Of a DNA stretch of 64,000 nucleotides, positions 28,171 to 39,271 are shown in pieces. The DNA lies in NCBI GenBank assembly GCA_015057405.1, contig SVEK01000010.1, forward strand, positions 5,538 through 69,537. The letters run 5' to 3'. The notes under the pieces were generated by a model. It saw only the letters and a list, made by a program, of their open reading frames with translations, was not told the DNA's origin and did no database searches. The translations under genes were made by a program, and so were the position numbers. The stretch's first letter is position 1. Each line of letters opens with the position of its first letter. This DNA is from Lachnospiraceae bacterium (GTDB lineage Bacteria > Bacillota > Clostridia > Lachnospirales > Lachnospiraceae).

Positions 28171-29802
28171 CTACATCTGTGTGTTATTATCTCGTTTAAG
28201 TGATTTGATTGCAAATACGGTAAGTATCATTAATGCAATTGCAATTGGAAGAGATATCCATGGGTTTAGTATAAGCCCGGCAACCACATATGATATAAAT
28301 GATACTTCAGCGGCAAGGAATGCATATGGAATCTGTGTTGAAACGTGATTCAAATGATTACACCGGGCACCGGCAGATGACATTATTGTTGTATCTGAGA
28401 TAGGAGAGCAGTGGTCACCGCAAACGGCACCGGCCATACATGCAGATACAGACATAATCATGAGTTCATAATTGGTGCCTGAGAATATATTAACAACTAT
28501 AGGTATGAGAATTCCAAAGGTTCCCCACGAAGTTCCTGTTGCAAATGCAAGAAAACAACCAACAAGGAATACAATTGAAGGAAGAAATCTCATAAGATAG
28601 TTAGGAACATAAGCCATAGTTCCTGCAACAAATTCCTTTGCACCAAGGGAATCTGTAACTGATTTTAAAGACCATGCCAATGTAAGAATAAGTATAGCAG
28701 GTACCATTGCCTTGAAGCCGGTTACAAGGCAGTCCATACATTTTGTGAATGACAGAACTTTTCGTAAAACATACAGAATAATAGTAATTACCAGACCGAA
28801 AAAGCTTCCCAAAACAAGTCCGACAGAAGCATCTGATTGAGAAAATGCAGTAACAAAGTCTGCGCCTTCAAAGAATCCGCCAGTATATATCATTCCGATT
28901 ACACAACAGATAACAAGACTTATTATCGGAATAATCAGATCAATAACTTTGCCTTTTGTTTCTGTATCATCAGGGTTTTCAATGCTGTCATATGAATTTT
29001 GTCCTGATGTAAACAAATCTCCGGCTTCGGCATTCTTTTCGTGTTTCGCCATTGGACCGAATTCAACTTTGAGCAGTACCATTGTTACCATCATTATGAT
29101 TGTGAGTATTGCATAGTAGTTATATGGGATGGCTTTGACAAATAGTGATAATCCATCTTCTCCTTCGACAAATCCGCTAACTGCAGCTGCCCAGGATGAG
29201 ATAGGTGCAATAATACATACCGGAGCGGCAGTGGAATCAATAAGATAAGCAAACTTTGCACGGGAAATTTTATGTTTTTCTGTAACAGGGAGCATAACGC
29301 TTCCTACAGTAAGACAGTTGAAATAATCGTCAATGAATATCAATGCTCCCAAAATGATGGTTGCAAGCTGAGCTCCTGCCTTTGTTTTGATGTGAGTGCC
29401 GGCCCATTCGCCAAATGCTTTGGAGCCGCCGGCTTTATTCATAAGAGCAACCAGCGTACCGAGCAACACAAGGAATATAATAATACCTACATTATAAGAA
29501 TCGGACAGTACCGAGATAATACCGTCATTAAATATATGAACTACTGTTTTTTCAAATGAACCGCCGGAGTATAAAATACCCCCTGCGATAATTCCTATAA
29601 ACAACGAACTGTATACTTCTTTTGTGATAAGTGCAAGTACGATAGCAATAATAGGTGGTATCAGCGCGCAGAAAGTTTGATACACAGCAGGAACGTACTC
29701 TGTTTTGTTATCAGCTGCCTGTGCATTGGTAACAAGTGTGAACATTAGTACAATTGCAAGGCATACTGAGCTTAAGAGTATTTTTTTTGTTTTCTTCCCC
29801 AT
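28171..29802 (-). CDS. Na+/H+ antiporter NhaC family transporter (probably amino-acid transport)
   Basis: FIDDYFN, DSTAAP, ATGTSWGTF and GDHCSPISDTT motifs. Confidence 0.9.
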   Translation of the reverse strand: MGKKTKKILLSSVCLAIVLMFTLVTNAQAADNKTEYVPAVYQTFCALIPPIIAIVLALITKEVYSSLFIGIIAGGILYSGGSFEKTVVHIFNDGIISVLSDSYNVGIIIFLVLLGTLVALMNKAGGSKAFGEWAGTHIKTKAGAQLATIILGALIFIDDYFNCLTVGSVMLPVTEKHKISRAKFAYLIDSTAAPVCIIAPISSWAAAVSGFVEGEDGLSLFVKAIPYNYYAILTIIMMVTMVLLKVEFGPMAKHEKNAEAGDLFTSGQNSYDSIENPDDTETKGKVIDLIIPIISLVICCVIGMIYTGGFFEGADFVTAFSQSDASVGLVLGSFFGLVITIILYVLRKVLSFTKCMDCLVTGFKAMVPAILILTLAWSLKSVTDSLGAKEFVAGTMAYVPNYLMRFLPSIVFLVGCFLAFATGTSWGTFGILIPIVVNIFSGTNYELMIMSVSACMAGAVCGDHCSPISDTTIMSSAGARCNHLNHVSTQIPYAFLAAEVSFISYVVAGLILNPWISLPIAIALMILTVFAIKSLKRDNNTQM

Positions 29803-30135
29803 AAGATAATTCCTTTCTTCGTAAAATGAAATAGTGTTAACAGGTTGTCACATTAATATAATACTGAATAATGAAGGATAATTCAATAAAGATTATTTCT
29901 TAGAATTCTTTTAATAGCAATATATTTACATGCGAAGAAAAGCACAGGATGACACTATGGGAAATCGTGGTGAAGTATTTGATTATGCAGCAAATAATTG
30001 TGGTATAGAAATAGATGGTTTTTCTGCACCAAAACGTTATTTATAATATGCTAAATTGGTTATTCAGGGTTGTGTAGAAAGACAAAAAAATGTATAATGA
30101 ACATACTTATAATAATATAGAAATGGGGTTATTTG

Positions 30136-32001
30136 ATGATTAAGAGCAGTTTTTTGGTTAAGAAGATGCTTCGTAATGTTATGGTAACGGCATTTGCGGT
30201 TGCCGGTTCATTTTTGTTTAGCGGTAATGTTTTTGCTGCAAACGTTACGGTAACGGTTCCTACAGAGAGAGCAATTTACCAGAGAAACAGTGATAATGTT
30301 GCCGATATGACAATAGTTGCGACAGCTGATGAAGGTGCAGTTGTTAAGGCAAAGGTTATTGACGGAAGTAATGATTTATGTGATTGGACAGTTCTTGAAA
30401 AGGTTGATGGTTCAGATAATGAATTCAAGGGTATACTTAAGAACATACCGGGTGGCGGCTGGTATGAAGTAGATGTTGCCGCATTTGATGCAACAGGAAA
30501 AGAGATTGCTTCTAATTACGTTGAGATGGTAGGTGTCGGAGAAGTATTCATTACAGGCGGACAGTCAAATTCAACTAATTTCGGCGGTGCTAAGACTACT
30601 GCTGAAAGTGATTTTGTTTCAGCAATTGATGTTAAAAATAAATGTTGGGTTCATTGTGAAGACAGTCAGCCTAATAATAGCGGATTCAATATCGGTAACG
30701 GTGGTGGTTCTCCATGGCCGACAACCGGTGACAAGCTCGTTGAGAGTCTTGGTGTACCTGTTGGATTTGTATCAACCGGTGTGGGAGGTTCTTTGATTGC
30801 AGAACTTGCTGATCCGAATAAGAACTACAGACCAATTAAAGAGGCAATTGAGTTTCTTGAGCCATACGGATGCAGAGCATTTCTTATTCATCAGGGAGAG
30901 GCAGATTCCGGCGGAATGAATGGCAATCCGGGAACTGAGATGTCAGTTTACAAAGAAACTTTTGAGCAGCTTATTGCTCAGACAAGAGAAGATGCAGGAT
31001 ATGATCTTAACTGGCTTATTGCAAGAGTGTCTTATGCATGGAGTGGTTTCAATAATCCTGACAGAACAAAGGAAGTTACGGAAACCCAAACTTCTATATG
31101 TAACAATTATAATATATTTGTAGGTCCTGATACAGACGGTCTTCAGGGAGAAGACAGACATACTGATAATCTTCACTTAAGTGAGCAGGGACTTATTAAG
31201 CATGGTACTATGTGGAGCGAATGTATTATTAATGCTTTCTTTACACCACGTAAACTTAATGCGGATGCATCAATTACAGGTGGTAAGATTGAACAGTGTG
31301 ACAAGGAATTATTCGGTGGACAGACTGTTAAACTTACAGCGGTTCCTGATGAAGGATATTATCTTGTTCCGGGTTCATACAAAGTAACTGATGCTAATGG
31401 TGAAGAAGTTGAAATAACTAACGATTCATTTATCATGAGAGCAGAAGATATGACTGTTTTTGCAACTTTTGCAAAACTTCCGCAGTATATGCTTGACCTT
31501 GGCGCCAAGATTAAGGAAGCAAAAGCTATTAATGTAAGTGCATATAATAGCGAAAGTGTAGCGGCTCTTAATACAGCCATTGCAGCTGCTGAGAAAGTTT
31601 ACGGTAATGTTGCATCAACTGAATCAGAAGCAGTAGCAGCAAATAATGTTCTTTCGGCAGCAATTTCAAAACTTGTTCCGATAGCACAATCTACACAGAC
31701 ACCACCGGTGAACAATGTTGACAATACTGTGGTTAAGGAACCTTCAACTAAAAAATACGTTGTTAAGGCTAAAAAGAAATCAATAACTGTAAAAAAAGGT
31801 AAGCAGATTAAAATTAAATACACAGTTACCAAAGGCTTTAAGGGTAAGGTTAAGTTCGTTTGTTCCAAGAAGAAAATTGCTAAAGTAAGTTCTAAAGGTA
31901 AGATAAAAGGATTGAAGAAGGGCAAATGCAAGATTACAATTCAGCTTATTAAGGGTAAAAAAGTAATCAGCAAAGCAGTAATTAAGGTTACTGTAAAATA
32001 A
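30136..32001 (+). CDS. Secreted SGNH carbohydrate esterase (SASA/CE6-like) with FIVAR-like segment and C-terminal Lys-rich Ig-like domain
   Basis: Signal peptide, GGQSNS, HQGEAD and DNLH catalytic motifs, Lys-rich last ~80 aa. Confidence 0.8.
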   Translation: MIKSSFLVKKMLRNVMVTAFAVAGSFLFSGNVFAANVTVTVPTERAIYQRNSDNVADMTIVATADEGAVVKAKVIDGSNDLCDWTVLEKVDGSDNEFKGILKNIPGGGWYEVDVAAFDATGKEIASNYVEMVGVGEVFITGGQSNSTNFGGAKTTAESDFVSAIDVKNKCWVHCEDSQPNNSGFNIGNGGGSPWPTTGDKLVESLGVPVGFVSTGVGGSLIAELADPNKNYRPIKEAIEFLEPYGCRAFLIHQGEADSGGMNGNPGTEMSVYKETFEQLIAQTREDAGYDLNWLIARVSYAWSGFNNPDRTKEVTETQTSICNNYNIFVGPDTDGLQGEDRHTDNLHLSEQGLIKHGTMWSECIINAFFTPRKLNADASITGGKIEQCDKELFGGQTVKLTAVPDEGYYLVPGSYKVTDANGEEVEITNDSFIMRAEDMTVFATFAKLPQYMLDLGAKIKEAKAINVSAYNSESVAALNTAIAAAEKVYGNVASTESEAVAANNVLSAAISKLVPIAQSTQTPPVNNVDNTVVKEPSTKKYVVKAKKKSITVKKGKQIKIKYTVTKGFKGKVKFVCSKKKIAKVSSKGKIKGLKKGKCKITIQLIKGKKVISKAVIKVTVK

Positions 32002-32041
32002 TAACGCACAATAATTGATTATCACAGTAGAAAAATAATTA

Positions 32042-32074
32042 AAAGCGCTATGTCAGGTGTTGGCATAGCGCTTT
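32042..32074. terminator. Bidirectional terminator between convergent genes
   Basis: Stem aaagcgctatgtca...tggcatagcgcttt. Confidence 0.8.
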
Positions 32075-32115
32075 GTGTATTTACAGTTTTTCTAAAATTA
32101 AATAATACTTTGTTT

Positions 32116-33951
32116 TTATTTACCGGAGTTCTTTTTGGCTCTGTATCTTAATGTGGGGTCAAGAATCTTTTTTCTGATTCTGAGCGACTCGGGAGTTACT
32201 TCAAGAAGCTCGTCTGTGTCTATATATTCAAGTGCCTGTTCAAGGCTAAGTACTGTAGGCGGAGTCAGTCTCAGAGCATCGTCGGAACCGGAGGCACGTG
32301 TGTTGGTGAGCTGTTTTTTTTTGCATACATTAACTTCGATATCATCTGTTTTTCCGTTTTGGCCTACAATCATTCCGCTGTAAACTTTTTCACCGGCGCC
32401 GATAAAAAGTGTTCCGCGTTCCTGGGCATTGAACAGACCGTAGGTTACTGATTCTCCGGTTTCAAATGCTATAAGTGAACCTTGTTTTCTGTAAGCGATA
32501 TCGCCCTTGTAAGGTGCGTATTCCTCAAATACCGTGTTGATGACACCATTTCCTTTTGTATCTGTCATGAATTCGCCACGGTAACCGATAAGTCCTCTTG
32601 AAGGGATAAGAAACTCAAGACGAGTATAACCTGCTCCGAGAGGAGTCATTCCCTGTAATTCGCCTTTTCGCTGGCTTAATTTCTCAATTACGGAACCCTG
32701 AAATTCATCAGGGACATCCACATATGCCCGTTCAATCGGTTCAAGTTTATGACCTATTTCGTCGTATTTGTACAAAACTTCTGCTTTGCTTACGGCGAAT
32801 TCATATCCTTCCCGGCGCATATTTTCTATGAGAACAGACAAATGTAATTCTCCACGTCCTGAAACTTTGAATGCTTCTGTTGAATCAGTTTCTTCAACTC
32901 TAAGACTTACGTCAGTATTGAGCATTCTGAACAGTCTGTCGCGAAGATGTCTTGAAGTGACGAATTTGCCTTCTTGTCCTGCAAATGGACTGTCATTTAC
33001 TATGAAATCCATGGAAATTGTAGGGTCTGATATTTTTTGGAAAGGAATAGCTACAGGATTGTCCGGGGAACATATTGTATCTCCGATATGAAGGTCAGAA
33101 ACTCCCGATATTGCAACAACATCACCTATAGTGGCTTCCTCGATTTCGATTCGTTTTAAACCGTCAAACTCATACAACTTGTTGATTTTCACGCGACTAC
33201 ATTTGCTCTCATCATGTGCGTTAACGATAACAGCTTCCTGATTAACCCGTATGACACCGTTGTCGACTTTGCCGATTCCGATTCGTCCAACGTAATCATT
33301 ATAATCTATAGTACTGATGAGGACCTGGGTTCCGGCATCAGGGTCTCCTGTGGGTGCCGGAATGTATTCAATAATCTTTTCGAAGAGTGGTATCATATCT
33401 GTTCCCGGTTCGTCTAATGATAAGGTAGCATATCCGCCTTTTGCTGATGCAAAAACAAATGGGCAGTCAAGCTGTTCATCATCTGCATCAAGGTCAATGA
33501 ACAGCTCCAGCACTTCATCAACAACTTCAAGCGGTCTGCCGTCAGGACGGTCGATTTTATTAACGCAGACAATAACCGGCAATGAAAGTTCCAGAGCTTT
33601 TTTAAGTACGAATTTAGTCTGTGGCATAGCACCTTCATAAGCATCAACCACAAGAATTACCCCGTCAACCATTTTCAATACACGCTCAACTTCACCACCA
33701 AAGTCCGCGTGTCCCGGGGTATCTATAATATTAATTTTGACGTCATTATATATAACCGCCGTATTTTTTGACAAAATTGTTATACCACGTTCTCTTTCAA
33801 GGTCGTTAGAATCCATTACTCTTTTTTGAACAACCTGATTAGAGCGAAACACACCGCTTTGTTTTAGCAGTTCATCTACCAGTGTGGTTTTTCCGTGATC
33901 GACGTGGGCTATAATGGCGATGTTTCTTACATCATCTCTGTTTTGTTTCAT
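32116..33951 (-). CDS. typA: Translational GTPase TypA/BipA
   Basis: [23 protein letters not shown] and GRGELHL motifs. Confidence 0.98.
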   Translation of the reverse strand: MKQNRDDVRNIAIIAHVDHGKTTLVDELLKQSGVFRSNQVVQKRVMDSNDLERERGITILSKNTAVIYNDVKINIIDTPGHADFGGEVERVLKMVDGVILVVDAYEGAMPQTKFVLKKALELSLPVIVCVNKIDRPDGRPLEVVDEVLELFIDLDADDEQLDCPFVFASAKGGYATLSLDEPGTDMIPLFEKIIEYIPAPTGDPDAGTQVLISTIDYNDYVGRIGIGKVDNGVIRVNQEAVIVNAHDESKCSRVKINKLYEFDGLKRIEIEEATIGDVVAISGVSDLHIGDTICSPDNPVAIPFQKISDPTISMDFIVNDSPFAGQEGKFVTSRHLRDRLFRMLNTDVSLRVEETDSTEAFKVSGRGELHLSVLIENMRREGYEFAVSKAEVLYKYDEIGHKLEPIERAYVDVPDEFQGSVIEKLSQRKGELQGMTPLGAGYTRLEFLIPSRGLIGYRGEFMTDTKGNGVINTVFEEYAPYKGDIAYRKQGSLIAFETGESVTYGLFNAQERGTLFIGAGEKVYSGMIVGQNGKTDDIEVNVCKKKQLTNTRASGSDDALRLTPPTVLSLEQALEYIDTDELLEVTPESLRIRKKILDPTLRYRAKKNSGK

Positions 33952-34098
33952 AATGTAACAATCTCCTATCTGAAGTTAACATAATATATTTAACATGATT
34001 AAACGAACATAATAATAGCGTGTGAAAAAACACACGCCCACCATTATAGTCTTCTTATTCAAAAAATTCAAGGGTTAGAGTATACAAATTACCCTTAA

Positions 34099-34971
34099 TC
34101 AGCCAATTGCACTTTCAATTGCTTCAAGAAGGTCCTCCCGGTTCACCGGTTTTACAAGATAACCGCTTATTCCCAGGCTGTGACATTGTAAAACATTTTC
34201 ACGTTCTGAAAAAGAGGTCAGCATAATCACGGGAATTCTCTTGGTTTCGAAATTGTCGCGTAACATTTCCAGTGTTTTTTTACCATTGCATATCGGCATC
34301 ATGTAGTCTAGCAGAATTAAGTCAGGCTTTGATTTGCCTATGCTTAAAAATGCGCTGGATGCTGATTTTACTGCTTTAACCTGATAAGTTGGAGTGAGCA
34401 GTTTTGCGACAGAAGTTAATATCGTAATATCGTCATCAACTATGAGAATATCAGGTTTTTTTGGAGGGATTGCAGATTCTTCCTGTTTTGTGTTTTGTAC
34501 AGGGTTACTGATAGAATCGCTATTGGATTTGTTAACGGTAGTACTTTGTGGACCGTTAAACGGATTGTTAACAGTAACATTGACACTTTCTATAATATTC
34601 AGGTTGCAAAGAGTTAACATAATGTCTCTTTGCAATATATTAATATCGCTGTTTGAAAGGAAGTTTGTATTGCGTAATTTCGTAATCTTGGATGTGAATA
34701 CTGAATGGGAAAAATAACTTCCTGAATAAATAATAGGAGCTTTATCATACGGTTTAGAATTGAGTCCGTCGCACAAATACAAAATGTCTCCTTTTGAAAC
34801 ATCCGTAAAATCTATTAAAAACGCATCAATAGTAAGGTTTTCCGGAATCTTTTTCAGTTCTGTAGCAGACGGTTTTAATGAAATACACTTATTCTCTTTT
34901 GACAAATTATCATAAAGCATTTGAAATGCTTTTGTATTGTGGTGCATTATAATGATATTCTTTACTGCCAT
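34099..34971 (-). CDS. Response regulator: degenerate N-terminal receiver-like region plus intact C-terminal receiver, no DNA-binding domain
   Basis: C-terminal IVDDD, LLDYMMP and YLVKP motifs. Confidence 0.8.
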   Translation of the reverse strand: MAVKNIIIMHHNTKAFQMLYDNLSKENKCISLKPSATELKKIPENLTIDAFLIDFTDVSKGDILYLCDGLNSKPYDKAPIIYSGSYFSHSVFTSKITKLRNTNFLSNSDINILQRDIMLTLCNLNIIESVNVTVNNPFNGPQSTTVNKSNSDSISNPVQNTKQEESAIPPKKPDILIVDDDITILTSVAKLLTPTYQVKAVKSASSAFLSIGKSKPDLILLDYMMPICNGKKTLEMLRDNFETKRIPVIMLTSFSERENVLQCHSLGISGYLVKPVNREDLLEAIESAIG

Positions 34972-35015
34972 AGTATTGCTCCTTTTTTTGTTTGTCGGTC
35001 CGGTTACGATAATAG

Positions 35016-35609
35016 TTAGCTGTTGATATTAATAAACTCGTCTATTAATGAGATTGCGTGAGCATATTCCATTTCTAATGCAAGGTCTTTAATGGTATTA
35101 ATAAGTGAGTTGGTTTCTTCGTCATAATACACACCTTCAAGTTGTTCTAAGGTGTCATTAATAAGAAGAATATCATTATCGGCCATATAATTTCTGATAT
35201 CATCCAATATGAACAACAAACTTTCAAGATCTATAGTGCCGGTAATATCTTGTTCAGGAAGAATAGCGGATATTGTATCTTTAAGTTGTTGGCACTTTTG
35301 TACCAGAGCCGGTGTTTTAGCTTTTATCGTTTCAATATCACTACTTTTTCCGCAAAGTTCCAGTTCATAGGCGTCGTCTCCTAATTCGTATGCTCCGATA
35401 ACTCTTGAAGAAGACTTGAGAGCGTGAACATGAATCGTATAATTCTCAATGTCATTATCGGAAAAAGTCTGTATGATATCATCAATTTTTTTGTCGAGTG
35501 TGAGGTAATATGTTTTAAGAATATCCAGATAATCTTCATAAGACATTCCGGTGTTGTTTATTGCTTTTTCAATATCAAGTCCTTCGACCTGCGGTAACAT
35601 ATCTCCCAT
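35016..35609 (-). CDS. Stand-alone Hpt (histidine phosphotransfer) domain protein
   Basis: IHVHALKSSSRVIGA motif. Confidence 0.85.
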   Translation of the reverse strand: MGDMLPQVEGLDIEKAINNTGMSYEDYLDILKTYYLTLDKKIDDIIQTFSDNDIENYTIHVHALKSSSRVIGAYELGDDAYELELCGKSSDIETIKAKTPALVQKCQQLKDTISAILPEQDITGTIDLESLLFILDDIRNYMADNDILLINDTLEQLEGVYYDEETNSLINTIKDLALEMEYAHAISLIDEFININS

Positions 35610-35829
35610 ATCTTACCCTCCTGAAAATTTATGTTAGAAAACAACTTATATTATACAATAATTGTATATGATTTGTAAATGACCAGATGGAGAATTATGG
35701 AATTAGACCATGCTGGCGGATTATGGTATTTGACAAACTATTAATATATCAGGTAGTATTTAAACTAATTTGTAAAATGATTTGATTAGAATTCACAATA
35801 TTAAGGTGAGAAAAGAGGTAACTGTCAAT

Positions 35830-36435
35830 ATGCGTATGTATTTGATGAGACACGGAGAAACAGAATGGAACAGATTGTTAAAACTTCAGGGGAGGTCGGA
35901 TATTCCTCTTAATGATAATGGAATCGCGATGGCAAAAAACGCGGCAAAGGGGCTTTTGGACGTGGATTTTTCTGTAATCTATTCAAGCCCGTTAACAAGA
36001 GCATTACAGACTGCCGAGATTATTCGTGGTGCCGGGAATATTGATATAATTAAGGATGACAGAATAATTGAAATTGGTTTTGGTGAAAATGAAGGGCGTA
36101 AGTACGATAAAACGAAGCCGGAAGAATATCCTGACCTTATTAAGTTTTTCACCGAACCTGATATTTATGTGCCGGCAAATGGCGGTGAAACGATAGAAAA
36201 TCTAAAAGAAAGAACAGCTAATTTCGTAAAATATATTGCAAAGACCTATGGTGCGACGGATGATAACATATTGGTAACTACGCACGGAGCCACAATCAGA
36301 GGTATTATGTCATATATTAAAGGGACTTCTCTTCGGGACTTTTGGAGAGGAGGGGTCCAAAGTAACTGTGGTGTGACAATAATAGAGATTACGGATGAAA
36401 GTATTACAATAATTTCTGAAAATATTACATTTTAG
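35830..36435 (+). CDS. Histidine phosphatase superfamily protein (PGAM/CobC-like)
   Basis: RHGETEWN, SSPLTRA and THG motifs. ATG at 35830 follows GAGGT. Confidence 0.92.
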   Translation: MRMYLMRHGETEWNRLLKLQGRSDIPLNDNGIAMAKNAAKGLLDVDFSVIYSSPLTRALQTAEIIRGAGNIDIIKDDRIIEIGFGENEGRKYDKTKPEEYPDLIKFFTEPDIYVPANGGETIENLKERTANFVKYIAKTYGATDDNILVTTHGATIRGIMSYIKGTSLRDFWRGGVQSNCGVTIIEITDESITIISENITF

Positions 36436-36441
36436 TTTTGC

Positions 36442-36470
36442 AAGCCTGCATGTGTGATATGCAGGCTTTT
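36442..36470 (+). terminator. Intrinsic terminator
   Basis: Stem aagcctgcat...atgcaggctt followed by Ts. Confidence 0.75.
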
Positions 36471-36551
36471 ATTATTTTTGCCGACATGCTATAATTAGTT
36501 CGTTGTTTTAATTAGTTAATTTTATGTACATTTTGAAAGGAGAGATACGTA

Positions 36552-37076
36552 ATGAATCAATTAGATCAGTACATTAGAAGTATTCCTGATTTCCCGGAGA
36601 AAGGTATTATTTTCAGAGATATTACCAGTGTGCTTGAAAAACCGGAAAGTCTTAAACTTGCAATAGATGAGATACTCGGTAAGCTTGAAGGAGTAGATTT
36701 TGACGTGGTGGTCGGTCCGGAATCCCGCGGATTTGTGTTTGGAATGCCGGTAGCATATGAGCTTAATAAGAGTTTTGCAATGGTAAGAAAAAAAGGTAAG
36801 CTTCCTTGTGAGACAATTGAAAAAGAGTACGACCTTGAGTACGGTAGTGCAGTTGTTGAGATGCACAAAACTTCAGTTAAACCGGGACAGAAGGTGGTTA
36901 TTGTTGATGACCTTATTGCAACAGGCGGTACTATAGAAGCAATTATCAGCATGGTTGAGGAACTGGGTGCAGAAGTTGTTAAAATAGTATTTCTCATAGA
37001 ACTTGCAGGTCTTAAAGGAAGAGAAAAGCTTAAAAACTATGACGTTGAATCTGTTATATGTTATGAAGGGAAATAG
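36552..37076 (+). CDS. apt: Adenine phosphoribosyltransferase
   Basis: IPDFPEKGIIFRDIT, ESRGF and VDDLIATGGT motifs. Confidence 0.97.
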   Translation: MNQLDQYIRSIPDFPEKGIIFRDITSVLEKPESLKLAIDEILGKLEGVDFDVVVGPESRGFVFGMPVAYELNKSFAMVRKKGKLPCETIEKEYDLEYGSAVVEMHKTSVKPGQKVVIVDDLIATGGTIEAIISMVEELGAEVVKIVFLIELAGLKGREKLKNYDVESVICYEGK

Positions 37077-37088
37077 GAGGAAAATATT

Positions 37089-37781
37089 TTGATTGGAATT
37101 ATAGGTGCAATGGATGAAGAAGTTTCCATGCTTATAGGTGCAATGGAAGAGAGCACTACATTTAATAAAGCGGACATGACATTTTACGAAGGAAATATAG
37201 CCGGTAAGGAACTTGTTGTAGTCAGATCGGGAATCGGTAAAGTAAATGCGGCTATATGTGCTCAGATACTTGTAGATAAATACAATGTTGAGGCGATTAT
37301 TAATACCGGTATTGCAGGTTCACTTGATAAGAGAATTGATATTGGTGATATTGTTTTGTCAGAAGATGCTTTGCAACATGATGTAGATGCAGTTGCTTTT
37401 GGTTATCAGAAGGGGCAGATTCCGCGAATGGATACCCTTTCATTTAAGGCGGATGCTAAACTTATTGAGCTTGCAAAGTCCTGTTGTGAAAAGGTATGTA
37501 CGGATATAAAAGTATTTGTTGGAAGAGTAGTAAGCGGTGACCAGTTTATTGCTGACAAAAATGTAAAGAATACTATTATAGATAATTTTGGCGGATTGTG
37601 TACTGAGATGGAAGGTGCCGCAATTGCTCAGACTGCATATCTTAATAATGTACCGTATCTGATTATCAGGGCAATATCAGACAAAGCAGATGATTCTGCA
37701 AGCATGGATTACCCTACTTTTGAAAAAAAGGCAATAGCCAATTCGGTCAAGATTCTTACTGAGATGATAAATAACTTCTAA
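37089..37781 (+). CDS. mtnN: 5'-methylthioadenosine/S-adenosylhomocysteine nucleosidase
   Basis: IGAMDEE, SGIGKVNAA, EMEGAA and RAISD motifs. Confidence 0.95.
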   Translation: MIGIIGAMDEEVSMLIGAMEESTTFNKADMTFYEGNIAGKELVVVRSGIGKVNAAICAQILVDKYNVEAIINTGIAGSLDKRIDIGDIVLSEDALQHDVDAVAFGYQKGQIPRMDTLSFKADAKLIELAKSCCEKVCTDIKVFVGRVVSGDQFIADKNVKNTIIDNFGGLCTEMEGAAIAQTAYLNNVPYLIIRAISDKADDSASMDYPTFEKKAIANSVKILTEMINNF

Positions 37782-37886
37782 TAATTTCCAAAAAATGGTT
37801 TACAAATGGAAAAATATGGAATATAATGTTTATTGCAAAATATTTTATTTGAAAACACATTTTTTGAAGAGAAGGGAGTAAAAATC

Positions 37887-38537
37887 ATGCCGGATAAAGT
37901 ATTTACAAACAATCAGGTTGAAATTTCAGGAGAGGTGGTCAGCCTATTTGAGTTTAGTCATGAGGTGTACGGAGAAGGTTTCTATATGTTAGATATCTCT
38001 GTTCCAAGACTAAGTGATACGTATGATATAATACCGCTTATGGTATCTGAGAGACTAATAGATGTTACTAAAGATTATAGGGGGTGTTATTTGGAGGCGA
38101 TTGGTCAGTTCAGATCTTACAATCGTCACGAAGAAACCAAAAACCGGCTTGTGTTGTCAGTATTTGTAAGAGAAGTTAATATTAACGATATGGTTAGCGA
38201 TGAAGAAATGAGCAAGCCTAACCAGATTTTTCTTGATGGATATATATGTAAACCGCCTGTATATCGAAAAACTCCTCTGGGACGGGAAATTGCTGATGTC
38301 CTTTTAGCAGTTAACAGGCCGTATGGTAAGTCAGATTACATTCCATGTATATGCTGGGGACGTAATGCAAGATATGCTAATACTTTCGAGGTTGGTGGTC
38401 ATATTCAGGTTTGGGGACGTATTCAGAGCAGGGAATACCAGAAAAAAATAAGTGAGACTGAGGTTGAGCGACGTATTGCTTATGAGGTGTCCGTAAGTAA
38501 ATTGGAATATGTGGAAGAAAATGTATATGAAGGATAA
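37887..38537 (+). CDS. Single-stranded DNA-binding protein with tandem OB folds
   Basis: Two OB repeats, RKTPLGREIAD and GRIQSREY motifs. ATG at 37887. Confidence 0.88.
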   Translation: MPDKVFTNNQVEISGEVVSLFEFSHEVYGEGFYMLDISVPRLSDTYDIIPLMVSERLIDVTKDYRGCYLEAIGQFRSYNRHEETKNRLVLSVFVREVNINDMVSDEEMSKPNQIFLDGYICKPPVYRKTPLGREIADVLLAVNRPYGKSDYIPCICWGRNARYANTFEVGGHIQVWGRIQSREYQKKISETEVERRIAYEVSVSKLEYVEENVYEG

Positions 38538-38711
38538 ATTTGCCTTTTTATTGATGATATGCTATATTACATGACATGGGCGTTTTTCTCAGAATAATTC
38601 GCGAAGAAACTATAAGTGATACGTATTGATTTGTGTAAGCAGACGGACTGGATGTTGCTTCATGACAGGGAGTTTGGTTCTGAATGTTTATACAACTATG
38701 TGGAGGATATC

Positions 38712-39209
38712 ATGAAAGATAACTTTGTTCAGGTAATATATGGCGAAGGACCGGGAAAGACTTCAGCTGCTTTGGGTAAATGTATTCAGGCAGTCAGTCT
38801 GGGGTATACGGTTGTATTTATCAGTTTCCTTAAAGGAAAGAATCAGGATGAGTATGAGTGTATAAAAAGGCTTGAACCTGATATGAAAGTTTTCTGTTTT
38901 GAGAAAGAAGAGGAACGGTATGAAGAACTGTCCTCTGAAAGACAGGAAGAAGAAAAACTTAATCTTATGAACGGATTCCATTTTGCCAATAAGGTTGTAG
39001 AGACAGGCGAGTGTGATTTACTTGTGCTTGATGAAGTGCTTGGTATGCTGGATCTTGGAATGATTACAGTTCAGGATATTTACAGACTGATTGAGCATTG
39101 TGAAGGACAGACGGACCTGCTTATGACAGGAAAATGTATACCAAAGGAATTGCTTCAGCATGTTAATTTGGTGGCTGAGATTAAGTTGGTTAAAAGTGAT
39201 TTAGATTAA
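38712..39209 (+). CDS. Cob(I)alamin adenosyltransferase CobA/CobO/BtuR family
   Basis: YGEGPGKTSAA, FLKG and LVLDE motifs. ATG at 38712 follows GGAGG. Confidence 0.82.
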   Translation: MKDNFVQVIYGEGPGKTSAALGKCIQAVSLGYTVVFISFLKGKNQDEYECIKRLEPDMKVFCFEKEEERYEELSSERQEEEKLNLMNGFHFANKVVETGECDLLVLDEVLGMLDLGMITVQDIYRLIEHCEGQTDLLMTGKCIPKELLQHVNLVAEIKLVKSDLD

Positions 39210-39271
39210 GCTTGTTAAGAATAGTACTTGACATAAGTTGAATTGGGTGTTACTATTCTTAATACATATAC

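Noticed and set aside
29803-30132. Lysine riboswitch upstream of the NhaC-family transporter (LysW-like context)
   Set aside because: The AGAGG...GCCGAA...GGAG pattern seen at 39272-39436 is not present on the minus strand here.
37887-38537. Double-OB SSB lacking an obvious acidic DDDIPF tail
   Set aside because: From recall this form is a common chromosomal SSB paralog in Clostridia, not specific to this window.
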